NCBI GenBank assembly: GCA_030141605.1
Contig: JAQGDQ010000056.1
Span: 1 to 64,000, forward strand
DNA: 64,000 bases
From: Tubiluchus corallicola
Taxonomy: Eukaryota > Animalia > Priapulida
Direction of reading: 5' to 3'
The translations under genes and the position numbers were made by a program. Positions 25,468 to 38,665 of this stretch are shown here, piece by piece; positions within the stretch are counted from its first letter, which is position 1; each line of letters opens with the position of its first letter. The notes under the pieces are model-generated. The model saw only the letters and a program-made list of their open reading frames with translations, was not told the DNA's origin and ran no database searches.

Positions 25468-27507
25468 TCAAGTTTTGCCATCAAATATGTAGTTAAGAGC
25501 TTGCTTTTCATCAGCGGTAATGTGAGGATGCCATAGATCAATCATTAATATAGCTCTGCATTCTGAACATCCATGCTTTCCTAAAATGGGTAAATAATCA
25601 GTTAAAAAGATGGATACTGCATCACTATAAGTTCTACAGGAAAAATTAAGAAGTTATAATTTTGTTCTTATAAAAGTTATGTACGATACGTGGTACATGT
25701 TAACATGTTTGAAAGTATGGAATTTATTGTAAAGAAAGAACATTCTAGAATTAATCTAGTCTTTTAGTATATGAACATTTAGCCCATGCCACATTAATGA
25801 ATGTTCTATTGTATTGCACAGTGGTGGAAGATGCTGTGGCTCAGTGGTTATGGCACTTGGTTGCTTTCTTTTCAATCTTTTCATTTTAACAGAAAACTTT
25901 TCCAGTTGTAAGGTGACATACGTTACAGATATAACAGTGAATTTAGTGTTTCCTTTTGACACCCTGTCGACAAATCTGTGGCTCCAAAGCATAAATGATT
26001 AACAATATTGAATTAATTGTATGTGTCTAAAAAAATTTTCGGACTATTTTCAAGAAAAAAATTATCTTTGACTGAAACTGTCATGTTGATTAACTTAACC
26101 CACAGGAAGCGAAAAGTTTTCCGCTAACAATAGAAACCAGGTGAATGTCAACAGCCAAAAAACAGCACCCAAATACAAGGTAATAACTAATTAGCTTATT
26201 CACACAAAAGTCAAGTATATACATACAGTTTACCCTGCAACGTTAAACAGCTGCTCAAAATGTAGAAAATCCAAATACTCACGGTTATATCTGGCACTGT
26301 GAAAGAAAGAGTCATCAAACAGCAGACACTGTCCAGTTTGCCATTGCCTTGAAATCTTATTGACCGTAAGCTCACATATCCCCTCTGGTACTTGTAAACC
26401 TAAAATTATCACAATGTTTTAGTACATAAAAGCTAAAACTAAAGCAAGTTATACACACTGTTGTAAAACTGGGTAAATTTAACATATGGTTTGTGGGGCA
26501 GTTTGTAATATTACAACACTATGATAACCTGACTCGGTTGTCCATTACCCTGCATGTTAATGACTAATTAACTAGACAATCAACACTAGTGCTTTACACG
26601 CATATAACATGCTTGCTACCTTGGTTTGATTTTAATTTTAATTTATAGTGATGTTTCCAAAAATTTAAATATTTATTTTTACCTGTGTAGTCATGATAAA
26701 TCTAGCAAAAAAATTAAATCATTTACGAAGTAAGACATACGCCATGCACAATGACTAAAATATTATAAGGTACAAGCTTTCATTACCGACGTGCAATCGA
26801 AGACGTATATTAGTAGGCCCACAGTGCTCTTCAGTTTCAGTTCCCGGAGCCAACACAGAAAACAGCACATTTCCAAACACATTCCTGTCCATTAATCCAT
26901 TTATACCGTAGATAAATGACATCGTATTGGGGCACATTCTAGTGTTTGAATCAATTAATCTGCCTTGATTGATCAAATGAAAAGCTCGCCATTCGCCTGA
27001 TGGTACACTGTTCACCACCCAACCAATATCAGATTTTGACACATTTTCGTATTCTTCAACAAACTCAGGAAAATGCTTCACTACTGCAGTAGAATCAAAT
27101 AAATTGGATATGTCAACATCCTGAGCCTCCCACCAGGGCTTAGCAAGTAAACCTGGCAGACAGAATACATTTGGCTTTTGGCGAAGCTGCGCCCCTTTCT
27201 CCAAATTTGCAGTTTTAGTTTTTTTGTCTTCAAAAGCTTGTTTTACACGACAAACATTCAACTTAGGATACTGCACACAGAATACTAGTAACTTGTGTTT
27301 GGCCTGCTTTTTAATATGCTTATAAGTAAAACATCTAACACAGTCTGTTGAATTACATAATGGCATAAATCCAATCAAATCTGTACTGTGATTGCCTTTG
27401 AATTTGCGTAGAATGAAACAAGCAAGACTTGTCACACAAATTACACTTACAACAACATAAAGTTGCCTGATGATAACAGGTATATCAAGTTCATGTAAAT
27501 ATTCCAT
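25468..27507 (-). CDS. ASPHD2: Aspartate beta-hydroxylase domain-containing protein (ASPHD1/2-like 2OG-Fe(II) oxygenase), ~316 aa
   Basis: Exons 27507-26787, 26399-26283, 25580-25468 (951 nt). N-terminal transmembrane segment, [53 protein letters not shown]. An invertebrate gene would be co-orthologous to ASPHD1 and ASPHD2. Confidence 0.9.
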
Positions 27508-27647
27508 CACAACGAAAGATAGGAACTGTTACGTAGCAAACTTTTACAAATTGTATAAATAGCTTACAGTCATACCAACTATTCTTTAACCACAAGAGAA
27601 AAAGCAAAAGCGAGCAATCAAAAGAATGTCATGCTTAATGCGAGTGA

Positions 27648-27848
27648 CTATCGTGCATCAAACACAGTCATGCGTTTTGTTCGTTTCTTATACATGATTC
27701 GGTAGCCACACTCGCGACATCGGATTGGATCCCTAGCTTTAATTTCATTTTCTTGATGGCACTCGCCACATATATAAACCATTGCTGCTGTGGCTTTCAC
27801 AGGTTCTTTCTCTTTTTCAGTTGGCCCTTTTGCTTGATCTACCTCCAT
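27648..27848 (-). CDS. POLR2K: RNA polymerases I/II/III shared subunit RPABC4 (RPB12), 66 aa, CDS without introns
   Basis: [44 protein letters not shown] zinc ribbon; a splice acceptor (ttactttcttgtgaatttctag) at ~27905 precedes the ATG. Confidence 0.97.
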   Translation of the reverse strand: MEVDQAKGPTEKEKEPVKATAAMVYICGECHQENEIKARDPIRCRECGYRIMYKKRTKRMTVFDAR

Positions 27849-30142
27849 TATGATTAGCAAAAATTCACTTAAATGATAGTAGCTGACATTCAGATATTCT
27901 GCCCTAGAAATTCACAAGAAAGTAAAAATTTAAGTAGATTGCAAACTCGGTTAATTTAAAAGCTCTTCTTATCTGTGTTCAGAATACAGAACATTTGTTA
28001 AATCTAATAATGTATCTATTTTATCTTCATTAAAATTTGGCAATATATCGCAGAATTTTATTGGAATTTGAAAATTGGGAATGACCAAAGCTTTACAGAT
28101 TGTTTACGCTATAATATGAATGTATCTTGCGTGTTTGAGATGAATACAAATTTATTTCTATTTTTATCTCGTAAATACCAAACTTTGATATTTTGTCTGA
28201 ACTACGGACTTTTGAGCAAGTTAAGTCCTAATGCACAACATTTTTACATGAATATTTCAGAGTTCTCAAGCAGTTTAAACTGCTAAGCAGCTATGGGTTA
28301 GTAAGTAAGAGTAGTACACCATAACCGACACATATTCCGCATTTTAGGTAACACGAAATCAAGGAATTTTTGCTTTTAAGTAAAATTAAGTTTCCGATAT
28401 AAATTTTCCATCATAAATGAAAATAATTTAGTACTACATTAGCAATGTAACTACAATGTATTAAATCAGCTTCACTATGTCAACCACCAGATTTTTGTCA
28501 TCTAAACTTGTAGGAGTATTTCATTTTTCCTTAGAGCAAAAATGATGATCCTTTGTATTGCAAAGCACAATGTGTTAAGTTTTACAAGCCTGCAGATTGT
28601 CCCTTAATCATCAATAACTGCAATTACTAGGTAAAGCATAGTGAACATAAAGAATTTAATGTCAACATAGTATGTATGTGAAATTTGTTAAGATGGCCAA
28701 GGCTTTAAAAACAAATAATTTCGTTAGTATTAACATGAATTCCTATTAAAAGGAAAGGACAAGTCACTTAGCATGTTGGTTTTATTTTGCTGCTATCACT
28801 TAAACTTAGAAAAATGTAATAAAGAGAATTGCAAAGATATTGCATATAGAACATAAAGTTAATTTATACTACTGCTAAACAGAAATTTTTAGGCGCGGTG
28901 GGCATTTTAAGATTTCCACATACAGGTTGGTACGTCAAGCTATGGTTTTACACCAACCAGTATGGGTTAGAAATATGCATAGTGATGTGAATATGCCAGC
29001 TAACTAAGGTCTCTTTGCCCTATTTTTAGAACTACTATATATATCTGTTGTGATATTAATGATATCCTTGTAATATATTATCATTTTTGTTGTAAACATG
29101 GAATGTGTGGAAAAATAAGCTCTTGAATCTTGACTACAGTCTCAGACACATTCATAAATTTACTTAATTCACTTGCAGGCACAGAAGGGAAAGAAAATAT
29201 TTATGACTTTATGCAGCATTATACCTCCTCAGTATGCGTATTTTTTTCGTGATGTTTCTACATGCATGATGCAACCAAATGCTTTGAGAGTTTGACAAGA
29301 CTGTACAGGCCCTAAGAAACCAGTTTTTCGGCTGTTTTCAAACACCTGGCAAAAATATATTTGTTATGCTCCTTGAGTCTCTTTGTTAGTCTAGTATACT
29401 GTTTTGGCGTGCTAATGGATATTCTAAACACAGTAAGAATTTCATATCATTTACAAGCAACTTGAATTACGACTCACAACGACTCACAAAACGATTTCTC
29501 ACATGAATAGAGCCGAGACAAGATGAGAAATCTCACTTTTTCTGTGCGCTTTGGAATTTCTGCATTCCCTTACGACAAAGCTTACTATACAGTTATGTCC
29601 GGAACTAAATTTATCTAAATATTGTTGTCTATGCAGTTTGTTGGCAATTATATTGGCAGGATAGGACTATTTGCGTTTTCACTTGGGCGGGCCTTCATGA
29701 GACACCCTAGTGTGAAACAGACCTAAAACACAAACATAATCGTATGAAAGTGTAAAAATGATTATCATTAATTCCGGTAGTATTTTGTTTATTTGCCATT
29801 CATAATTGATATTCCGAATACAATAATTATAATCTGTTTCATTAAGAAGTAAGAAGTTCACAATAATCGGCATGCAATTATTTAAGCAAGAGCACAAAAT
29901 CTTAGTAACAGCAACAATAGTAGTCTTAGTACAAGTTTTAATTTGGATATAAATAATATTTTGAGTAATTAGCTTAGAAATAACGAAATTAGTTCAGACT
30001 TTTTGTTTGCTCTTCAAATGTTGTTCACACTGTAGAAAGCCCTATAATAGATGTATTTGATTAGAAATAAATACGGTACATTGTACTCTCATTTCTCTAC
30101 AGGCATAATCTGTAGTTTAGTACCCATAATTGAGTACAAGGC

Positions 30143-33100
30143 CTATTTAGAAATGGAAGCTGAATATAAAGCAAAAGCCTCTTCGGATGCGCGACAAGCT
30201 CTGTCATAGTTCGTGTCAAAACTGTAATTCTTTCCACTTGCTATACATTTGACCTCACTCCTGTCAACTGCTGAGCCAACGCCTTGACAATAGATAGATG
30301 CGCCAGCTAAAAAAGTGAACAAAATCATATTTGTATTTATTAAGGAAGTATAATTTTACGAAAATGGTTGACTATGGTTATATATGTACCTTCAACGACA
30401 GACAGATTAAAGAACCTGCTGGTGTTAATTGTCATTTTATAACACCCATATAGGCCCCGCTTTATATAAACTTTTTTCATAAACATATGTAGTATATAAA
30501 TCACTTATTATGGTTCTGAGACGTTTCAATGATGTGGTGTTTTGCACAGAGAACTGCGTTAAAGGAGAAGCTATAACCAAGTTAGAACAAACTATACGTC
30601 ACTTGTCACGTCAAAGATCATGGAGTTTCTTTTCCTTTAGGCTGTATATCTTCCTAGAGTTTTTAGCTAGGGCCACGATTTTGGTATATATAGGGGGGTC
30701 GAGATTCTGCAAATAGCTGATATGGACCAAATGCGTATGGGAAAAATTTCAAGTAAGGGGCGCAAGAACCGAAATTGTACCTCAGTCGGTCTTGATGAGA
30801 CGAATTGAATGGTGTGAGTTAAAACTGGTTAAACGCAAGGTGAAAATGATGTTTCGATTTTAGTATCAAGGAGTACATGAATGAAAGTCTAGATGGGTCA
30901 TATACAAATTGAATGGTGAACATTAATCCGCGTTTGATTAATGTTCACTTTAATTAGTGAATGCTAGTTTTTAATTTTCACATAACTTACAGGTCGCGGG
31001 TCATAACCTACTGGTCAAAAAGTGAGAAATTCCTACATATATTTCACTGAAAGTTCAAGGTATTAGTGCCGAGCACAACCTTATTTCTGCGCAGATCGTT
31101 AATTACCTTGAAAAACGCTTTTATTTGTAAATACGAAGCAAAAGCTGTCACCGAAAGTATCTTCTGTCACAGAAGCAGAATTTTACCACAGTTTTTGACA
31201 GGGTCGAAAACTTTCACTGGTATTAATTTATTCTTTCTTTTCCGTAAGCATTTTGCTTAATAATTCGTTAGCCTTTCAAGCTAGGGTGACGAAACTCACA
31301 AAAATCTTGGTAGTGTGGGGTAGATGTGCATCTGAGATTTTAAAAAGTTGTGAAGCTTTAAACGTCCAAGAGAACAGCCAAAACAAAAAATTTGGTACTC
31401 ACTTATGGTGACCTTTTAGACGCAGTGATCTAGGGACACAAAACTCACAGGACAGTTTCTAAGTAAAATCCCCAGTCCCAAAGTAAATGTTCATATGTGA
31501 CCCTAAAATGCCGGGTCAACAGACTATGAGTGGGCGCGTCTTCATTTATTTTACTTTAGGCTCTATCTGCTCGTATAATTTTTGCATGCTACGGTCACAG
31601 TTGTGGCTTGGCGAGATAGAAATTTTGTGCATAGCTCATTTGGGTACCAGATTAATTTTCTGCTAAGAGACAAAAATTGAAATTTAGGGTTCGGGCACAG
31701 AAATTCCTTGACGTTTCGCAGGCAGTAGCATTTATAGCAAGTCAAACGAAACGTCTTAATGAAATAAGTCGAATAGTATAAGTTCCTCTGAGATAGGTTG
31801 ATCTTTGACCCTACTAGGGGTCGTGAGACAAATGATTCCAACGTTGAGCGAAGTTAGCTTGCAGTATAATCAAATGAAAAGTATCGATGAGATATTTTGC
31901 TCGAGTAGTACTAGATGGCATAACATTGATTGGTTGGTCTTATGACCCAGGGGTCATAGGCTGAAAAGTAACAAGTTGCAGTTTCATTGTTAAGGGCACT
32001 TCCTAATTGATCAAGCTGTGTGAATTCAATAAAATTTAAATTATGACCTTCAGACAAAACCCTGACGTCATTTCAAGACCTAATTCTGCAACACAGATTT
32101 AGATGCGTCCTCACGCGCTTCATCTAAATCTGTGTTCTGTAAGTATTCAAGTCAGTTATTCAACGTCAATTGTCAGCGGTCTACGAGTTATTTTTAATTC
32201 CAATTACCTACACGACATTTAGGTCTAGTTTGACTTAGTGCAGCGAATATGTTAATATTACTGACCTCTGCGAAGGGATCTTGCAGCATTGCACGTGTTT
32301 CCACCGCAGTTTGACTTTCCGTCCGTCATGACAAAAACAGCTTTCGGTCCGACCTTACGAGACAGCATTGACCGAGCTTTATCTAAAGCTTTGTCCGTAC
32401 ATGTCTTTCTTCCACCTAATTTTAAATTTTAGGTTACAGTGTTAGTTTTACAGTTGCTATTGGTCACGCAGTTATTAAATGCTTGCGATAATCTAGCGAC
32501 TTTTACGATATGTATAACACGTCTTCCGGCAGTGATGTCCCGAAACCTGCAGCAGACAAGACAAATAACTGTGAAGTAGCTGCCTGAGCGATGGTATTTT
32601 TATGAGAACTTTCATACTGACTCCTCAATAAATTTCAATAGTTGCATGTTTTGCTTCTCTTGAAATATATTATTAGGCTTATTGGATCTTCTACCCCAGA
32701 TGGGATGACGATTTTAATGTCCAAATATAGGATTTAATGGCCAAAATTATTGTTAGATGATTTTCAATTGGATCAATCAACAAAATTAATAAACTTAATG
32801 GACTGGAGCATTCCACAAAATTTCAAGCATGCACCGTCCTGCTAAACTATCATTTTACCCCACTTTTAAAACTCCTGTCAGAAGCGCGGCCACGCTTATA
32901 GAGAAATTCTACGCAAGTTTTTTTTCTTCAAGTGAATTATACTAAAGGGTTCAAATGCTGCTTTGGTCCGTCAGTCCTAAAATTCCTCTATCCAGGGACA
33001 GGATTACTTGTGGATCAGCTGATAATTCTAAACACAGTCTGGCTGCATAGTTGTAAATAGAAACGTAATCAATCTGCCATGATAGATTCTCACTAGTGTC

Positions 33101-34048
33101 TACAAGTTCTTAGTAACAGGAATGAATATTAGTAGGTAAAAATGCTGTAGTTTTGATACGTTCTTTAATATTTGAAATCATTCTTCATTTCCTTGTGATG
33201 ACAGTTAGAAGTATATATATATATATATATAGTATATATTTTATTGCGGGACATTTATACCTAGCTGGTGCAACGCTAGCATGTTGTCTGTAGCACTTTG
33301 TGATTTAGACATATGTTTTGTAGAAAAAGAAAATTTATAAAAAACGATAAGAATTAATTTATTCACACTAGCAGTTTCTCATACTTTTATCCTAGATCCA
33401 GAATTGCTGATTTTCCTTGATGTTATTTTTTCTATCTGATCTCTTATGTGAAGAATGTGTCCAAAGAGCTGTACCCGTCTTAATTACAAGCTCACTTGCT
33501 TCAATAAGACCGTTACAGCAATTATATTTTTTCTAAATATTTCAGGCTTAATCATATTTCCTACTTTCTAACTGTAGCCTGGTTGCCCTCACCTTGTTAG
33601 TTGTTAAAAACAATATTACGAGTAAGCAAACAAACAAATAAAATTAATGTAAGATAAGTCAGCTGCGCTAAATGCTATAACTATCAAAAATTTTTGATAA
33701 AAAATTCTAGATAATTATTTTGCACGTAAATATTAAAAAATAACAACAAGAAGATTGCTTGCACTTGCAGATTCCGCATCTTGCGACGCTTGCAAAAATG
33801 TACCACTATTATCATAGCTGAGTAATAATTCAAACCTAAACTTACTCCTGAATCTCATTCTGTCCACATGTCTGATCATTTGAGAAGCCCTTGTGTAAGT
33901 GTCAAAGTGGAATTCCACATTTATGATGTCTGAGTAAGAAATGAAGCCCACTTTATAATTGAACCTGCTGTCAGCTGTCAACATCTTTATGTAATTCTGA
34001 AAACAATAAGCGATAATAATAATGCGCTTAATTCCCCCCTCTCTCTTT

Positions 34049-34119
<71 letters not shown>

Positions 34120-35047
34120 AGCATTTAGATAAATGAAATGTCCATTTATGTGCATATGCTGTTTGTACCACCTAACTGCGATCACCTTGAATGCGGCATT
34201 ACTGATGCAACGACGCTGCCATGCATAAACAATAAAAGTACACAAAAAAACTGCAAAAATACAAATAATAACAACAGTAACTCTTGCTTATTACCTTCAT
34301 TGCACATTTAGCTTGATGGAATCCTTGTGTTCCAACACTAGCGCTTTCGTCCATGATAAACACAGCATAGACATCAGCTTCTTCTCCTCCAATAGATGTA
34401 GGTGCCACGTCCAGCAAATCTCTTGTGAAATCGCTGATTTTCTGCGCGGTATCGCTTGCTAAAATTCAAATAAAAGCTAAAGTAAACCACTTTAGAAAAT
34501 GTAATTAAATTAACCGATATTAATCACGTTAAATATGTTTGCATTAATTAATTTTATTAATTAATTAATGTAAAATTTCAACAACTTACTTGAAGAACTA
34601 CCTCCTCCGTTGATGTCATTTCCATTATTTTCTACAAAATTGAGAAATGCTTAAATTCGTTTCATGCTGACAGGTCTGTTATTTATTTATATAAAAACTT
34701 GGCTGTCTTGTAGCTGGAATTTTTCGACGCCAATTATGAAAAATAGGCAAGGCAAGTACTGATAAGTAAGATTCAAATATCATGGATATATGACCCAGGG
34801 CATGCAAGAGTAGCGTTACACTTCTACTGCATATAAATACCATTCAACACAAGCTGAATGTTGCGCTCTTCATACAGCCTAAGCTTTTATTATTACCATC
34901 CATTAAAATTATCTTAATAAATGTTTAAATGTCGCCAGTATTATACTTACGATTCCCGCTAGTTCTGTCAAACAGCTTTCCAAAGTCAAAAGCGTTCACA
35001 GAATAGGTGAGTGTCAAAAACCACGCAATAGTAACAAGTCGAACCAT
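30143..35047 (-). CDS. Secreted single von Willebrand factor A domain protein, ~255 aa
   Basis: Exons 35047-34951, 34631-34590, 34458-34295, 33996-33846, 32415-32266, 30306-30143 (768 nt, in phase). Signal peptide MVRLVTIAWFLTLTYSVNA; complete MIDAS motif: VFIMDESASVG, KTCTDKAL, VFVMTDG; then SIYCQGVG and VKCIAS. Confidence 0.88.
30650..32080. mobile_element. Decayed interspersed repeat in the vWA gene intron, related to 36470-36870
   Basis: Shares motifs in the opposite orientation with 36470-36870 (gttgatctttgacccc, caaacgaaacgtcttaatgaaa, tgaccc/gggtca); no ORF; boundaries approximate. Confidence 0.5.
34038..34116. repeat. (CT)n microsatellite
   Basis: Direct reading; intronic. Confidence 0.97.
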
Positions 35048-36469
35048 CTTGAAACAGAATACTCCTTGCCTGAAACAAGCGATTTTGTTTTTTTCGTTTT
35101 GATGCGTTCTGCAACAAGATTGTAGTGCTGCTGCCAGCAATTGTGGAACTATTAAACGGATATTATATAATTAATTATATATAATTAATTGTAGTAGGCC
35201 TAATTTTAGCTTGATCTACAATTATCCATAACGAGCTTTAACTGCTCATGTTATTTAGGTACATGATCGACATTAAATAAAATTGATCTTATTTTATCTT
35301 GCGAAGTTTGAATGAATATGACAGGTTGAGCTAAAAATGACCTACACCGCCACAACGATTTGAAATAGACTTACTTCGTTTATTGTCTTGTCTGTTACGA
35401 AGTGTCGCAGTGAGAAACAGACCCCTCTTGCCTTGCATTTATAGTAGGTAGAAGTTTTTATTACATGTGGGACAATTTGTTGAAGTGCATGAGGGCGAAA
35501 ATTAAAAATTTGCTTGATGCAGCACCTTAAAGACGAGATGTAGGTTAATGCTACCATCACTTCACCTGGAAAGCATCTGCCTTACCATAATTATATAATA
35601 CACATTTCACTTCATGTGTATTTACCATGCTGGCTTACCATGCTGAAAGTTTGTCTATTCACACAGACGGGGTTTGCTCGTAACTATTCATACAAAGCAG
35701 AGCAGTTTGCTCAGCATATTCACAGCAAACTACTTACTCGGGATTTACACAGATTACTTTCGCATTGATTGTCAACTCAGTTATAGTTTGATAACCTATT
35801 CTCAATGAAACGTTGAATATGAATACGTAAATCATTTTCTGAATTGTCAACATCAATGATAACTGAAGAGCAGAATTATCTAAACTGAAACTGAATCGCG
35901 GGCACACGGACAGTCTCAATAGTGACTGCTGATCAATAGGCCTGTACATCGTTTGACAGCCAGTTTATTATCACTGTTTTTAATGATAGGGTTGCTATCA
36001 TATCTGATTTGGCCCGGCCTTCTGAGATTCAGCCATACATCCGTAGTTGATCGGATTTTGAAAAGCTCTGAAATCTACTGATTTCAACCATCATATTGCA
36101 ATTAAAGTGGAAAAAATGCTGCAAAGCGAGTGTTATTCGGCTTCAGCTTTAATTTACATAACTAAACTAGCTTCAAAAACCTCGAAAACATCAGAAATAT
36201 ATTGGGAGGAACTGGGAAGTGTACACTGCTTGCACGTTTGCAAGTTTTCAACTATTTTCAATTTCAATTAGTTAAACTAGTTGACAATGTTTCTGACGTA
36301 GTCAGAAGCTGAAGATTTTGCAACAATAGTTATAAAATTGAGACTTAAAAATGAAAAGATGACAGTTTTCTTGAAAGTGCTTATTTTCTTTTATTGAGTT
36401 CACCTTGCTTGAATATATGGGAAGTGCATTTCACAATGAAATCTCAGCATTTAACTGTTCAGTCCATCA

Positions 36470-36870
36470 CCCACGGGTCAAAGGTCAACCAATCTCGGCA
36501 TAACTCATATCATTCAGTTTGTCTCTTAAAGACCTTTCATTTGACATACAACAAGCTGCTTTTGGTAGAACCAGGAAGGCATTTGCCTCCTCGGCCCCTA
36601 TTTTGCCCCTAGTGGGGTCACAGGTTACTGATTCACACTGTAACCTATACCATTCGACTCACCTTATCGAGACATTTCATTTAATATGGTACATGGTACT
36701 ATTCCTAGACAATGCATTTCTGTTCCTGAAAACCATTTTTCATTTTTTGCCTCCTACTGGGGTCAGAAATCAACCAGTCTCGGCAAAACTTACATCATTC
36801 GGTTTGTCTCATCGAGACCTTTCGTTTGATATACTACAGCTAGTTTCGGTCGACACTGGAAGGCCTCAAA
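36470..36870. repeat. Degenerate ~140-150-bp tandem units (about 3), probably the internal array of a Helentron-like element
   Basis: The unit ggtca..aaccaatctcggca..tcattc(a/g)gtttgtctc...gacctttc(a/g)tttga..ggaaggc recurs at ~36476 and ~36762, with a more diverged unit at ~36615. Confidence 0.6.
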
Positions 36871-38526
36871 CATTAATCATTTTCATATTGTGTTTTATAT
36901 ATAACCAACTAAAAAAACCTATGATGACATCTGATCTTTTTTCACTTAGTGCCATTTCCTAGTACAATTTGATACACAATTAGAAAAGGTGTTATTTGGG
37001 GTTAGATATTAAACATAGAAATACAAAGATGAAGTAAAGGTGGGCTACTCATAAACATGTACAAGTCTATCATGCGCACGCAAACATTCGTAAAGAAGCA
37101 CCTGAAGCAGTAAAACCATCACAATAATTTCATATATTTTTATTCTAGGTAAATATAATGAAACATAATGAAAAATGTACTCACTGTAGCACAGACTGAA
37201 CTAGTCAATAAACTTTATGAAAAACATTTTTGTAAAACCAGAATATCGCACAATTTTGACTTGTGAGCAGTTAATACATTATAATTACACTACGTCTACG
37301 CCACTAATAATTGGTATAAAACTTCACTAGCTTCAGTTTCATAATAGTTTTTGTATGTGGTAACACTAACATTCTAAACCTTCTTCCAAGTGTAGTAAAA
37401 AAACAAAAACTTCTGATATTGATCATACACAACACCATGTGGAGCTAGTGTTATCAAAGGACAAATAAAAAGGTTTGCATGTGTTTAAAGTACAACAATT
37501 TCTGTACATTTATTTACAATGCTTACAGCTTACATATTTCTGCAGTTAGCAAAACTTGAAATTTACACTGATTATCAGTACTCAGTTTTGCAGGCAAAGT
37601 TATTCAAACCTATCCATGCCAATATTAAACAATAGATTTTTGTTCCTTAATTCACGAGAACCTGCTCTTTGACTAGGCGGTGTATACAAAACTAGCTTAG
37701 CTATTCGAGATAAAGTTTTCCAAATTTGCCAACCATAAAATATAAATATTTCATAATTGTTCTGCTGCTGTGACTGCACGCAATTACTACAAATAAAATG
37801 CTGGAATAGACGACACAAATACTCTGTATTCTATAGAACACATTACTAATACACATAATAATTTTAAAATAAATGATATCGTGACTATATAGCATCTTAA
37901 ATAAACTTTTAGATGAGCAACGGAAATGTAGTGCAGAAAATGGCAACTACTAAGATGACCGTGCCTATCAATATCTTTCTACTCTTTCATTTAACTTGCT
38001 AAATCGTGGTAATAGTTATGAAAGGTTACAACAGGTTTACACCATTAAACACAGCATCAACATGAAAGTACAATGCATAAATAAAGCAAAAAATTGTAGT
38101 TTATAAATAAAATGACACAATAATTACATAATTACATAATATTTCGTGTTGCCAAACCATAACTGACATCATCTTGTTAATCAAGAAATTATAACAATAA
38201 TTACTGAACATACAGTAATATAATAGCTATACATAATCTAACTCCTATTAATAGGTTTGTCAGATTCTGAATCCACAAATCAGCTAGGGCATAGGGGATT
38301 TTCGCCATTGAGTAAGGGAGCCGCTATCAGTCTGAAGCAAGTGAATTTGTACGTACATATGTTTATCACAATTATCACTTATTTGTGAGGATCACTTATT
38401 GTGCCGAAGAAGTTTTTGTACATCTTTTATCCTAAATACCCTTTCACTTATTCTCGGAGTCTTTTCTAAAAGAATGCTGTATCTTTGATAAGCCAAGTGT
38501 GACAATACACAAACTATATAAACAAT

Positions 38527-38631
38527 TTAAAAATTAAACCCTGGATCTGGGTCACCAGTTAGAAAATCTTGTGGCTGTTGCGGCTGCATTCCTGGTGGCA
38601 TCTGCTGTTGTTGCATGATAATTTGTTGCAC

Positions 38632-38665
<34 letters not shown>

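Noticed and set aside
27648-27848. POLR2K as a processed pseudogene
   Set aside because: The ORF is intact with all four Zn cysteines, has an upstream splice acceptor, and shows no poly(A) tract or TSD. A functional retrogene origin is not excluded.
33733-34245. 170-aa ORF with an RE dipeptide run
   Set aside because: Only 33996-33846 is a true vWA exon; the RE run is the intronic (CT)n repeat.
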